Counted from the stretch's first letter, positions 7,908-16,232 are shown. The stretch is DNA of 32,000 bases from Ferroglobus placidus DSM 10642 (GCF_000025505.1 NC_013849.1:780001-812000); one strand, 5' to 3'. Numbers and translations: made by a program. Notes: a model not told the origin generated them from the letters alone.

Positions 7908-8707
7908 AGCTCTTTGGAGTTATAGGTTACCCGATAAAGCACTCCCTAAGCCCGGATATGTTTAACGCCGTATTCAAACGTCTAAAGCTCGACGCCGTTT
8001 ACCTGAAACTGGAGGTAAAGCCGGAAAACTTGAAAGAAGCTTTGATCGGAGCGAAAGCTCTCGGCTTCGTTGGGCTGAACGTGACGATACCCTTCAAAGA
8101 AAGGGTTCTTCAGTTCGTAAAAGCGAGAGGAGTTGCTGAAAAAATCAAGGCTGTAAATACCGTAAAGCTCGAAGAAATGGAAGGGTACAACACCGATGCA
8201 TACGGCGTTTTAAAATCTCTTGAAGAGCACGATGTAGATTTTTCCAGCAGGTTTTTAATTATAGGTGCCGGTGGAGCTGCGAGAGCTGCCGTTTTTTCGC
8301 TCGTAGAGAGAGGAAGCGAGGTTTACGTAACCAACAGAACGGAAGAAAGGGGAGAGAAGCTTGCGAAGGAGGCTGGTTGTCACTTCGTGAAAATGGGAGA
8401 AGTTGAGAGGATGAGGTTCGATGTTTTAATAAACGCGACGCCCCTCGGAATGGTAGGGATGGAAAGAGCGTTGCCCGTTAAGGAAGATGTTATAAAGAGA
8501 GCTTCAGTCGTCTTCGACATGGTTTACAATCCGGCAGAAACGCTTTTTATTAAAAAAGCAAAGGAATTCGGAAAGGAAGTTATATACGGATACGAAATGT
8601 TGCTTTATCAGGCTTACGAAGCTTTTAAAATCTGGAACGGATTTTACCCTCCGCTGGAAGTTATGAAAGAGGCTTTGTTGAAAAAGTTAGGCTTTTATCC
8701 AGAGTAA
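7904..8707 (+). CDS. aroE: Shikimate 5-dehydrogenase
   Basis: A GTG start overlaps the nadK stop. The motifs GVIGYPIKHSLSP, NVTIPFKE and GAGGAARA are present. Confidence 0.9.
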   Translation: MKLFGVIGYPIKHSLSPDMFNAVFKRLKLDAVYLKLEVKPENLKEALIGAKALGFVGLNVTIPFKERVLQFVKARGVAEKIKAVNTVKLEEMEGYNTDAYGVLKSLEEHDVDFSSRFLIIGAGGAARAAVFSLVERGSEVYVTNRTEERGEKLAKEAGCHFVKMGEVERMRFDVLINATPLGMVGMERALPVKEDVIKRASVVFDMVYNPAETLFIKKAKEFGKEVIYGYEMLLYQAYEAFKIWNGFYPPLEVMKEALLKKLGFYPE

Positions 8708-8721
8708 GCCAACTGAAAAAC

Positions 8722-8943
8722 ATGATGGAGGGTATGACAACTCTCGATTACATAAAATACGTCAGAGAGCATCCAGAACTTAAGTGCAAGGAGTGTGGCA
8801 AAAGTTTCAAAGATGTCGTCTGGTTTATAGACTTCAAAGAGGACGAAAACGGAATAGAAGTTAAGGGGAAGGGTAAAGGAAGAGTTTACGTGGTTTGCTG
8901 CAACTGCGGAACCGAGAACGACCTCCTTGAATTAGTAGGCTGA
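8722..8943 (+). CDS. Small zinc-ribbon protein, function unknown
   Basis: The 73-aa product carries CKEC...CCNC cysteine pairs. A T6 run follows at 8945-8950. Confidence 0.55.
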   Translation: MMEGMTTLDYIKYVREHPELKCKECGKSFKDVVWFIDFKEDENGIEVKGKGKGRVYVVCCNCGTENDLLELVG

Positions 8944-9055
8944 ATTTTTTCCCAATATTTTTATTCAAGTCGTTACGTTAGAAAAGTCATCGACTCAATA
9001 ATTTTCACAACTTTACGCAAGGTTTGGAGTAAGCTGCTGATTCTAACACCGAAAA

Positions 9056-9066
9056 CTATATATTTA
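9056..9066 (+). promoter_or_regulatory. Candidate TATA box of the histone gene
   Basis: CTATATATTTA lies about 50 nt upstream of the ATG at 9113. A GGAAGGAGGTG Shine-Dalgarno sequence sits at 9095-9105. Confidence 0.4.
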
Positions 9067-9112
9067 ACCTATACCAATTTATTTTGAAAATTGAGGAAGG
9101 AGGTGTTAGAAC

Positions 9113-9322
9113 ATGGCTGAGTTGCCACTTGCACCGGTTGACAGATTGATTAGGAAGGCTGGTGCCGAGAGAGTTAGTGAAGAGGCAGTTAAAAAAATGG
9201 TCGAAGCACTGGAGGACTACTGCACCAAGATAGCGAAGAAAGCCGTTGAAATTGCCAAGCACGCTGGAAGAAAGACCGTCACAGCTGAAGACATTAAGCT
9301 TGCCGCTTCAATGGTTCAGTAA
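9113..9322 (+). CDS. Archaeal histone (HMf family)
   Basis: The 69-aa product reads [26 protein letters not shown]...[17 protein letters not shown], a canonical archaeal histone fold sequence. Confidence 0.95.
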   Translation: MAELPLAPVDRLIRKAGAERVSEEAVKKMVEALEDYCTKIAKKAVEIAKHAGRKTVTAEDIKLAASMVQ

Positions 9323-10078
9323 TTCCTTTTTTATTAAATTTTTAATATTTTCGTAACCCTTTTTAGGCTTTAAAATTTCCACGACGTCTTCGCACCTCAA
9401 ATACGCCAGCTTTCCGGCAATTTCGGCAGCCTTTCTGTACCTTTCTCCGTCGCAGACGAAGTACTTTCCCGGGGTGACTATAACGACTTTATCCGCTTCA
9501 AGGGACTCCTCGTTGGGATAAGCGAGGTTTCCCGAGGACTCAACAACGAGAATTTCGCTTTTTCTCTTTAACTTCTTTAAAATTTCGTTCGACGCATCCC
9601 TTCCAGAAAGCAGTAGATCGTTTACACTTTCAATTTCAACCTTCGATATCTCTCTGTTTCTCAGAATTCTCTCGACTCTCTTAAGGAATGATTTTACAAA
9701 CCTGCTTAACGGCTCTACAACGTAAATGCTTTCCTCAATTCTAACAACAGCTGTCTGAAAAACCGGAGATTCCAAGCTCGTCGTATTCCAGTCCACAGCT
9801 TCTAAGTCTATGGGAAGGAGGAGGGAGAAGACGGGATTCAAAATTTCAAGTTTTTCCTCACCTTTTACAAGTTCGCTAACCCTAAGAACGTCATGACTAA
9901 CGAATTCACCTATTTCAAGAATTCTTTCAAAAGCTTTCTCATGGTAGAAAGCGTTCAGCGTTGCCAACGGCTTAGAAAACTCTACGCTAAAACCCTCTCC
10001 TCTAAAAGCTTTAACTATCTCCTCCACAGCCTTTGTCTTCCCCACGTGCTGCCCTACTCCCACAACGAGAATCAACAC
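9308..10078 (-). CDS. P-loop NTPase, BioD/CobQ-like N-terminus, function unknown
   Basis: Walker [10 protein letters not shown] lies at the N-terminus of the 256-aa product. The 3' end overlaps the convergent histone gene by 15 nt. Confidence 0.65.
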   Translation of the reverse strand: MLILVVGVGQHVGKTKAVEEIVKAFRGEGFSVEFSKPLATLNAFYHEKAFERILEIGEFVSHDVLRVSELVKGEEKLEILNPVFSLLLPIDLEAVDWNTTSLESPVFQTAVVRIEESIYVVEPLSRFVKSFLKRVERILRNREISKVEIESVNDLLLSGRDASNEILKKLKRKSEILVVESSGNLAYPNEESLEADKVVIVTPGKYFVCDGERYRKAAEIAGKLAYLRCEDVVEILKPKKGYENIKNLIKKELLNH

Positions 10079-10128
10079 GAAAATCGTTAAGACAAAGTTT
10101 TTATAAAGTTTAAAGAAGTTCTTCTTCG

Positions 10129-10458
10129 ATGCTGCCGCTAAATCCGAATCAGATGAAAAAGATGATGAAGCAGATGGGCATAGAAATGGAAACGATCGAA
10201 GCTGAGGAAGTTATAATAAAAACGAAAGATGCAGACTACGTTTTCAAAAATCCGGTGGTAAATAAAATCTCGGCTAAAGGAATAGAGACGTTTCAAATTA
10301 CCGGAAGCTACGAAGTAGTTGAGAAAGTCGTGATAAATGAAGAGGATGTCAAACTTCTGATGGAGCAAGCTGGAGTTAGCGAGGAAGAGGCAAGAAAAGC
10401 TCTCGAAGAAGCTAAAGGAGATCTTGCGGAAGCTTTAATGAAGCTGCAAGGAGAATGA
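10129..10458 (+). CDS. nac: Nascent polypeptide-associated complex protein (NAC domain plus C-terminal UBA)
   Basis: The N-terminus reads MKKMMKQMGIEMETIEAEEVIIK. The C-terminal UBA-like segment is EDVKLLMEQAGVSEEEARKALEEAKGDLAEALMKL. Confidence 0.9.
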   Translation: MLPLNPNQMKKMMKQMGIEMETIEAEEVIIKTKDADYVFKNPVVNKISAKGIETFQITGSYEVVEKVVINEEDVKLLMEQAGVSEEEARKALEEAKGDLAEALMKLQGE

Positions 10459-11195
10459 AACCGCCGGTCGTTCTGATTAGAGGGAGAAATGCTTTCTTAG
10501 TTGAGAAGTTCGAAGGGGAGCTTCACACACACAAAGGGATAATAAAGCTTGAAGAACTTAAAAACAAGAAGTTTGGAGATAAAGTAAAGACCCACCTCGG
10601 CTACGAATTCAGCATAATTCCTTTCAACGCTTCCAAGTTTTTCCAGCTCTTTAAAAAAGGTCCGACGCCGGTTATGCCGAAAGACATTGGAGCCGTAATA
10701 GCTTACACCGGTTTACAACCAGATTCCCTTATTTTTGACGCTGGAACCGGAAGTGGTGTCGTTGCAGCGTATCTTGCTTACTTCAACAAGTACGGAGAAG
10801 TCGTGACTGTGGAAAAGAGAGAGGACTTTGCAAAAATAGCGAGGGAGAACTTCAAAAAAGCTGGATTGAAGAACGTTCATCAGATTATCGGAGATGCGAT
10901 TTTTGTCGCTGACGGCTTCAAAAAAGAGTTCGATCTCGTTTTCCTCGACATGAAAGACGACGTGGAGTTTCTGCCAAAAGCTTGGGAGATCTTAAAAGAG
11001 GCTGGATACTGCGTGGTTTACAACCCCTACATAGAACAAACGAAAGCCGTTTACGAGAAAATGAAGGAGATAGGCTTCAAAGAAATCGAAGCCTTCGAGC
11101 TCGTAAAGATAAACTTGGAGTTCAAAAGAGTTGGTACGAGACCTTTTACCGAAATCTTCCACACAGGCTATCTGGTTTTCGGGAGAAAGGTCTGA
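10455..11195 (+). CDS. trmI: tRNA (adenine57/58-N1)-methyltransferase
   Basis: The protein matches my recollection of Pyrococcus TrmI along its whole length. DAGTGSGVVAAYLA is the SAM motif and the C-terminus reads RP..EIFHTGYLVFGRKV. There is an ATGA overlap with nac. Confidence 0.85.
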   Translation: MKPPVVLIRGRNAFLVEKFEGELHTHKGIIKLEELKNKKFGDKVKTHLGYEFSIIPFNASKFFQLFKKGPTPVMPKDIGAVIAYTGLQPDSLIFDAGTGSGVVAAYLAYFNKYGEVVTVEKREDFAKIARENFKKAGLKNVHQIIGDAIFVADGFKKEFDLVFLDMKDDVEFLPKAWEILKEAGYCVVYNPYIEQTKAVYEKMKEIGFKEIEAFELVKINLEFKRVGTRPFTEIFHTGYLVFGRKV

Positions 11196-11196
11196 G

Positions 11197-11913
11197 CTAA
11201 CCCATCCTTCCTTTTATCCCGAGTTCTTTTAGAACATCCCTAATCTTCGGAACTATTTTGTCGTACTTCTTTTTCAGCTCCTTAGTTCTCTTCTTCTTTT
11301 CCCTCTCGAATTCCGCTGCTCTTTCCGCAGAAAGGGTGCAAAAAAGCTCGAGGAATTCCCAAACCTTGTCCATGGATTTTCTGGTCTTCCTGTTCTTCTT
11401 TAACCGCTTTGTAACTTTTTTTAGAAGCAAAAGCTCGTCTCCGGATCTATCGAGAATTATCGAAGCTAAGACGTTTTCCCACCCAAGGTTTAGCGTGGCT
11501 AAAACGAATTCTCTAAAAAGATCTACGACCTCGTCCTTCTTTTCGTTGCCCGTCTTCTCGAAAGAGAATTCCTCAAGTTTTTCGTAAGCTTCTCTGCTCA
11601 ACGCATCGTAAGATTTCTCCACAGACACGCCGTAATCAACATAAGCTTCGCAGAGCTCCGTTAGCTTCTCAACTGTAAATTCCTCCAAAGAGTCGAGCAT
11701 TCTGTGGAGAAGGTAATAACATAACCCCTCCACGTTCCAATTTTCCACGAGTCTGTCAAACAGAGCCTCGGATAGTTTTTCGGAATCTGCAATTCTGTCG
11801 ACTTCTCGATTATAAAAATTGCAAACAATTTCCCCCATTCTGCTGTGGACGTCGAGAGAAGGTGACATGCGGAAAGAAAAGAAAAGGAGGATAAAAATCT
11901 TTTGAACTTTCAC
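11197..11913 (-). CDS. Hypothetical protein (start uncertain; the GTG at 11913 overlaps the upstream stop, and internal ATGs are possible)
   Basis: The 238-aa ORF is helical with a K/R-rich C-terminus. I recognise no motif. Confidence 0.55.
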   Translation of the reverse strand: MKVQKIFILLFFSFRMSPSLDVHSRMGEIVCNFYNREVDRIADSEKLSEALFDRLVENWNVEGLCYYLLHRMLDSLEEFTVEKLTELCEAYVDYGVSVEKSYDALSREAYEKLEEFSFEKTGNEKKDEVVDLFREFVLATLNLGWENVLASIILDRSGDELLLLKKVTKRLKKNRKTRKSMDKVWEFLELFCTLSAERAAEFEREKKKRTKELKKKYDKIVPKIRDVLKELGIKGRMG

Positions 11914-12698
11914 CTTTCCAAACCTTCGAGGAACTCAAGAACGAACCTGTTGAACTCTTCGGGATTTTCCATTTTTGCCAGATGGGCGGCATTTTTCACG
12001 ACCTTTAGTGTTGAATTTGGAATGAGCTTTGCTATCTGCTCTCCCAGCTCTGGAGGGGTTGTAATATCGAACTCAGCCACAATCACAAGCGTCGGCACCG
12101 CTATCTTCGGAAGCAAATCTTCGTAGTTAATCTTGCCGATTTCTATCGTTACTTTCGTGTAGTACTCTTTATCGTTCTTTCTTATAATCGTCTTGACCAA
12201 GTCGATCAGTTCTCTCCTCTTTTGATGAAAGGAGATGTTGGCGATAAATTCGGCAATCTCTTCCATACTTCCTCTCTCCAAAAGCTTAAGCCTCTCTTCG
12301 AATAAAGGCTTAGCCTCTTCCGGAAGCTTGTGGAGGGTATTGGCAAGCACTAACGACTTTACCCTTTCAGGATAGTTTTTGTAGAACTCGAAGCAAACAA
12401 CTCCTCCCATGGACAAACCGAGCAAATGTGCCGCATCTATCTTCAAAAAATCCATGAGGTTTTTTACATCCTCGGCAAAGTCTCGAACGGAAATTTTTTC
12501 GGGAATATCGGACATTCCGAAACCCCTCAAGTCGAGGCTAACAACTCTATATTTTCTCGCAAACTCCGAATACTGAAAAGTCCACCCCTCCAAACTCTCT
12601 CCAAGTCCGTGAATAAGTATTAGCGGCTCTCCTTTACCGACTTCAAAATACCTCAGCTTCAAGCCGTTGGAATCGAAAAAGCCAAACCTGAGCTCCAT
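11910..12698 (-). CDS. Alpha/beta-fold hydrolase
   Basis: HGLGES is an oxyanion-type motif, GLSMGG is the nucleophile elbow, and a late His occurs in NAAHLAKMENPEEF. Confidence 0.85.
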   Translation of the reverse strand: MELRFGFFDSNGLKLRYFEVGKGEPLILIHGLGESLEGWTFQYSEFARKYRVVSLDLRGFGMSDIPEKISVRDFAEDVKNLMDFLKIDAAHLLGLSMGGVVCFEFYKNYPERVKSLVLANTLHKLPEEAKPLFEERLKLLERGSMEEIAEFIANISFHQKRRELIDLVKTIIRKNDKEYYTKVTIEIGKINYEDLLPKIAVPTLVIVAEFDITTPPELGEQIAKLIPNSTLKVVKNAAHLAKMENPEEFNRFVLEFLEGLER

Positions 12699-12762
12699 AA
12701 TGTCTATATGATTTCAAAGCGTAAAAACTCTTTCAATTTTCTTCAACGAAAATGACAGTTCT

Positions 12763-13303
12763 TTACCGAATTCTAAACTCCTTCCAATACCAGACATAAG
12801 TTCTTTTTAGCTTCCTCCTCGTCCTGAAAGTCGTAATGTGATAAGTTTTTTACATCATCTCCTTCAACGAGGGTCCCATAAGGATCTTCTTTACAGCTGT
12901 CTGCATTTCCAAGCGATCGGATTGCTGAGAGAAGAACTTACGCATATGCCTGAGTCTAAGCTTCGAATTCAACCTGCTGAAATGATGTTGAATTGATTTT
13001 CCGAGAAAAGACATTTCGGTTTCGTGCTGAGATACTCGATTAAAGCTTCTTTAGCCTCCTCAGAGAAAAATGTAAATCGATCATCATAATTCTCAGTCAG
13101 CTGGAATGAGAACGGTGCAGTTGTTACAATCAATGTTTTCAAGCTTAAGACGATAAACCTCTTCAGAATGCATTCTTGACGTTGCCGCCATCAGAATTTC
13201 CGCTTTCATCTTCAGATTGCATGGATGACGAATGGATTTAACTTCCTTGAGCAACGCTCTCACATCATTCACATTAATAACCATACGGGAGGGGATCTTG
13301 AGT
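12763..13303 (-). pseudogene. Tyrosine recombinase (integrase) pseudogene, catalytic domain broken by at least 2 frameshifts and 1 in-frame stop
   Basis: My reverse translation gives four pieces:
- MVINVNDVRALLKEV...ILMAATSRMHSEEVYRLKLENIDCNNCTVLI, which carries the Arg-I box (track ORF 13093..13284).
- After a frameshift, ENYDDRFTFFSEEAKEALIEYLSTKP.
- After another frameshift, LRLRHMRKFFSQQSDRLEMQTAVKKILMGPSLKEMM, a box II LRH.
- After a TAA stop, KTYHIT, which carries the candidate catalytic Tyr. Confidence 0.6.
13284..13303. repeat. att-like copy of tRNA-Leu internal sequence (TACGGGAGGGGATCTTGAGT)
   Basis: This is a perfect 20/20 direct repeat of 14619-14638. The flanks are unrelated on both sides. 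Confidence 0.8.
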
Positions 13304-13600
13304 TTGAGGGTTCAGAATTCAAAATAGAGTATTCTCCTCTGAGAAATGCCTTCAAAAAGTGGTTATTTAAATATTCGAGAGGCTTTCATTGAATTGTAGA
13401 CTAATTTGATGTCTCTAATCTTAGCCTCTCTTACAAATCCCTGATCTTCCCTCGATTGATAGAAGACAAATTTCATTCCAAGCTTTAACTCCTTGAAAAC
13501 TGTAGCAGACTTGATAAATACATCTTTATCTTTTTTAAGAATCTATCCATAGAACTACTTAGGTATCGGGAAAGCTATGCCAACGATCTTCGCCGTTACC

Positions 13601-14092
13601 TCACAGACTTTCTATAACTTTTCTAGCTTTTTCATATACATTAACGCTCAACCACATCACGTTTGCGAGCTTTTCCAAATCTCCTAAACCTTCTTCCTTT
13701 GAAATCAATTCTAACCTAACAGCCTTGATGATTATACCTACTGAACCTACAACTTCCAAACCTAAGCCTAAAGCGAATTTTCTTGCGTCTGAGTCGTCTA
13801 ATAACACCGGAACGTTTAACGATTTGGCGAGTAAGATCGCACAAGCTTCGCCGTGATGTATTCCCACTTTCTTAGCCAGCTCATTGGCATCTTTCGGATC
13901 GTCAACGATTTTAATCCAATCCGTTGATTCGATCAGGAAAGCGTCAGGATTTCCCTTCTCTTTCCCTCTATCGATTACCTCCACTTTGACGGTTTTCGGA
14001 ACGATTATTTCTCCAAATATTTCCTTGAGCAGGTCTATCCTTCCGATTTTTGCCAAGTGGATTAACGGACCAGCGTTGCTGACAGCGGTCAT
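13601..14092 (-). CDS. PIN-domain toxin (COG2405/DUF3368-like)
   Basis: The sequence VSNAGPLIHLAKIGRIDLLKEIFGEIIVPKTVKVEV...HHGEACAILLAKSLNVPVLLDDSDARKFALGLGLEVVGSVGIII matches the family pattern. I prefer the ATG at 14092, which forms an ATGA overlap with the antitoxin stop; the track ORF extends to 14104. Confidence 0.8.
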   Translation of the reverse strand: MTAVSNAGPLIHLAKIGRIDLLKEIFGEIIVPKTVKVEVIDRGKEKGNPDAFLIESTDWIKIVDDPKDANELAKKVGIHHGEACAILLAKSLNVPVLLDDSDARKFALGLGLEVVGSVGIIIKAVRLELISKEEGLGDLEKLANVMWLSVNVYEKARKVIESL

Positions 14093-14394
14093 TTCATCGC
14101 CCACTTTATGTCAGCCTCAAGATCTTCTAAATCATATTTGAACGGGATGTTTCTCTTTCTCAACTCTTCTAAAGCCTCCCTGTACGTTATTCCCGCTATT
14201 TCAGCAGCTTTCCATAACGAAACCTTGCCATCTCGGTATAGCTCTAAAGCTCTCTTAATCTTATACTCTCTGAGCGATTCCGTTATAAGTTTGCGAATAA
14301 GCGTTCCTTTGTCTATTCCTTCCTCTTTACTCAATCTCTCAATCTCTTCGATAATCTCCTTGGGTAGTCTAACGGACGTAGTTACCATTTTCAC
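14089..14394 (-). CDS. Antitoxin: ribbon-helix-helix N-terminus fused to a UPF0175 (COG2886) domain
   Basis: VRLPKEIIEEIERLSKEEGIDKGTLIRKLI is RHH-like. ALELYRDGKVSLWKAAEIAGITYREALEELRKRNIP is UPF0175-like. A TATA-like TTTTAAGTATAC lies about 30 nt upstream. Confidence 0.8.
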   Translation of the reverse strand: MKMVTTSVRLPKEIIEEIERLSKEEGIDKGTLIRKLITESLREYKIKRALELYRDGKVSLWKAAEIAGITYREALEELRKRNIPFKYDLEDLEADIKWAMK

Positions 14395-14586
14395 AATTAC
14401 ATCTTAATGCGAAGTATACTTAAAACTTTGCGAAAGGTTTAGCGAGGAAGTTTAGAAGAATTTCTCGGCACGTCGAATGGTTGAAAGCTTTTAATCTGAA
14501 CTCGAGTCTGAGATCGAGAATTCGTTAAAGGAAGTGATCGAAAAATTAACTACGTTTTAAAGAAACTTAGAGAAATTCTGAAACAA

Positions 14587-14671
14587 TGCGGGGGGTGGGA
14601 TTTGAACCCACGAACCCCTACGGGAGGGGATCTTGAGTCCCCCGCCTTTGGCCTGGCTCGGCAACCCCCGC
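14587..14671 (-). tRNA. tRNA-Leu (anticodon CAA), class II with long variable arm, no intron, no encoded CCA
   Basis: The reverse complement folds by hand as follows: acceptor GCGGGGG/CCCCCGC; anticodon stem GGGGA/TCCCC; loop CTCAAGA; variable arm TCCCGTAGGGGTTC; T arm GTGGG-TTCAAAT-CCCAC; discriminator A. Confidence 0.9.
14619..14638. repeat. att core inside tRNA-Leu (anticodon loop to variable arm)
   Basis: Identical 20-mer to 13284-13303. Confidence 0.8.
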
Positions 14672-14724
14672 TGCTTCAAATTTAAAGGCTTCGATTTGCT
14701 TAAAGTATTTTGCGGTTATGCATA

Positions 14725-14829
14725 TTAGAATCCGTACTTAAATATCAGAATTGCAAAGACGATAACGACTAAAAGCATAGAAATCAAGAAGAGAATGTCG
14801 AATTCGTCTAAATCAAACTTTTTATCCAT
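14725..14829 (-). CDS. Possible 34-aa single-pass membrane miniprotein (MDKKFDLDEFDILFLISMLLVVIVFAILIFKYGF)
   Basis: The ORF is below the track's size cutoff and I found it by reverse translation. It has a charged N-terminus followed by a 20-residue hydrophobic helix. TTTTTTAAAT lies about 28 nt upstream of the ATG, which fits a leaderless transcript. Confidence 0.3.
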   Translation of the reverse strand: MDKKFDLDEFDILFLISMLLVVIVFAILIFKYGF

Positions 14830-14861
14830 GAAAGTACATCAGCAAAAGAATTTAAAAAATT

Positions 14862-16232
14862 TTACGAAAGAATATCTTTCACCGGCTTCTCATACCTTTC
14901 AAAATCCGCAAGATACTGCAAAAATATCAGTGCCGCCGATGGACTACCTCCCCCGTGCACGGCTCCAAAAACGTGAGATGAGGAAAGCCAGAAGCTAACG
15001 AACTTCGCTATCTTCAACCTTTCCTCCGGAGAGAATTTTTCCGAAGCTTTCAAAATCGTTCTCAGCTTCTCGCCGATTCCCTCAGCTTTAAGATCCTCTT
15101 CAGAAGGTGAAGTGGCTGGTAGAGCTCCCGAGATGTCCGTTAAAATTCCTATCGCTTTCATAAAACTATCAACACCAGCTACTTTAGCTGAATTAGCCAT
15201 AATTGCGTTGGGCACGTAAGCCTCTCCAACCTTTTCTCCTTTGTAAGCCGCTCCGATAGAAATGGCAAAAGCCGCTTCGCTCAACCCTACGATCTCAGCA
15301 ACCTTCTGGCGTAAAACGCTAACGTTCTCCAAGCCGTTAGCCTTGAGCATTAGACTTGCTGCCCCAGCCATCGAAGCCAAAAATTCAGCCTTACACGCTG
15401 CTCCGACGCATCTGTGAGAGTTCGCAAAATTCTGAAGAACCGAAGCCGTAGCTCTCAGGTCTTTGTAGATGAAAACGCGCTCCCAAGGGACAAACACTTC
15501 ATCCATTATTACGACGCAGGTTATCCTGTCTCCATACTTAGGATTGCCAGCATCAGCACCTTCCCTCTGCAAAGCCTGATAGCCGGTATTCTGCACGACG
15601 TAACTAACTCCCTTGTCTTCAGGGGTTAAAGCGAAAGCCACAGCGAACTCCTCTTCTCCTTTTTTAAACGTTTGCCCGGGAAGAACGAAGTTTATTTCAC
15701 TCGCAAAAGCTCCGCTTTGATGAATTTTCGCCCCGCTAACAACGATACCGTCCCTCTGCTCATCAACAACCCTCACGTACTGTTCTTTCTGCTCGGAAGG
15801 TCTTTTACTCCTGTCTCCTTTCGAATCGGTTAGCGAAGCTGTACAAGCGAGATCGTTTTTCTGAACTTCTTTTAAGAATTCGAACAGCTTTTTCCTTCCT
15901 TTGTCATTTAGCCCAGCCGCTAAAGAATTTATGGCGTCGCAACCAGTACATCTGTAATTGCAGGTCGCAAGCCTGTGGCTAAGCTCCTTCTGAAACTCGT
16001 ACCTGAAAACGAGTTGCTCAAAAGATTTTATGACAGCATTGAGGACATTCACCTTTCCGTTAATTAAATCTGAATGCACTCCTCCCATTTCTTTAGCCAA
16101 ATCGTAAGTGTAGGCTATCGCATTTACAACAGGTTTTACGTTGGGATGGTCATAGCCTACCTTCTCTCCCTTCACGTAAATCTCCTTTTTGTGCTCTTTC
16201 AGCCTCTCTCTGTATTCCTCACCGCTTATCAT
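14862..16232 (-). CDS. 4-hydroxybutyryl-CoA dehydratase / vinylacetyl-CoA isomerase family ([4Fe-4S] plus FAD) enzyme
   Basis: The protein resembles my recollection of Clostridium AbfD along its whole length. The cluster ligands are conserved: CNYRCTG (C-x3-C) and SHRCVGAAC (H-x6-C). I prefer the start MISGEEYRERL at 16232, which has TATTTAT about 26 nt upstream; the track ORF extends to 16295. Confidence 0.8.
   Translation of the reverse strand: MISGEEYRERLKEHKKEIYVKGEKVGYDHPNVKPVVNAIAYTYDLAKEMGGVHSDLINGKVNVLNAVIKSFEQLVFRYEFQKELSHRLATCNYRCTGCDAINSLAAGLNDKGRKKLFEFLKEVQKNDLACTASLTDSKGDRSKRPSEQKEQYVRVVDEQRDGIVVSGAKIHQSGAFASEINFVLPGQTFKKGEEEFAVAFALTPEDKGVSYVVQNTGYQALQREGADAGNPKYGDRITCVVIMDEVFVPWERVFIYKDLRATASVLQNFANSHRCVGAACKAEFLASMAGAASLMLKANGLENVSVLRQKVAEIVGLSEAAFAISIGAAYKGEKVGEAYVPNAIMANSAKVAGVDSFMKAIGILTDISGALPATSPSEEDLKAEGIGEKLRTILKASEKFSPEERLKIAKFVSFWLSSSHVFGAVHGGGSPSAALIFLQYLADFERYEKPVKDILS

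Larger units (their letters stand above)
12763..14638. mobile_element. Degraded integrated-element remnant(s) at tRNA-Leu: att copies, an integrase pseudogene and a TA module
   Basis: The call rests on the combination of features listed above. The region is also AT-richer by hand count: 13321-13380 has 18/60 G+C, against 31/60 at 5041-5100. Confidence 0.5.

Noticed and set aside
6300-7942. Antisense ORFs 6300..6629, 6664..7119, 7157..7489 and 7508..7942 (-)
   Set aside because: They lie opposite the phosphatase and NAD kinase genes, which carry unambiguous family motifs. Their S/T/L-rich sequences contain no motifs.
11258-11587. 109-aa plus-strand ORF rich in S/F
   Set aside because: It is a low-complexity antisense frame of the 238-aa minus-strand gene.
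13020-13095. Possible C/D-box sRNA (minus strand ATGATGA followed about 19 nt later by CTGA)
   Set aside because: No C'/D box pair or terminal stem completes the motif within about 60 nt. The sequence is better explained as part of the integrase pseudogene.
13304-13600. An intact or recognisable integrase N-terminal domain upstream of the att copy
   Set aside because: Reverse translation gives only short broken frames (for example DVFIKSATVFKELKLGMKFVFYQSREDQGFVREAKIRDIKLVYNSMKASRIFK) that I cannot confidently assign. The region is left unannotated and flagged for a frameshift-aware search.
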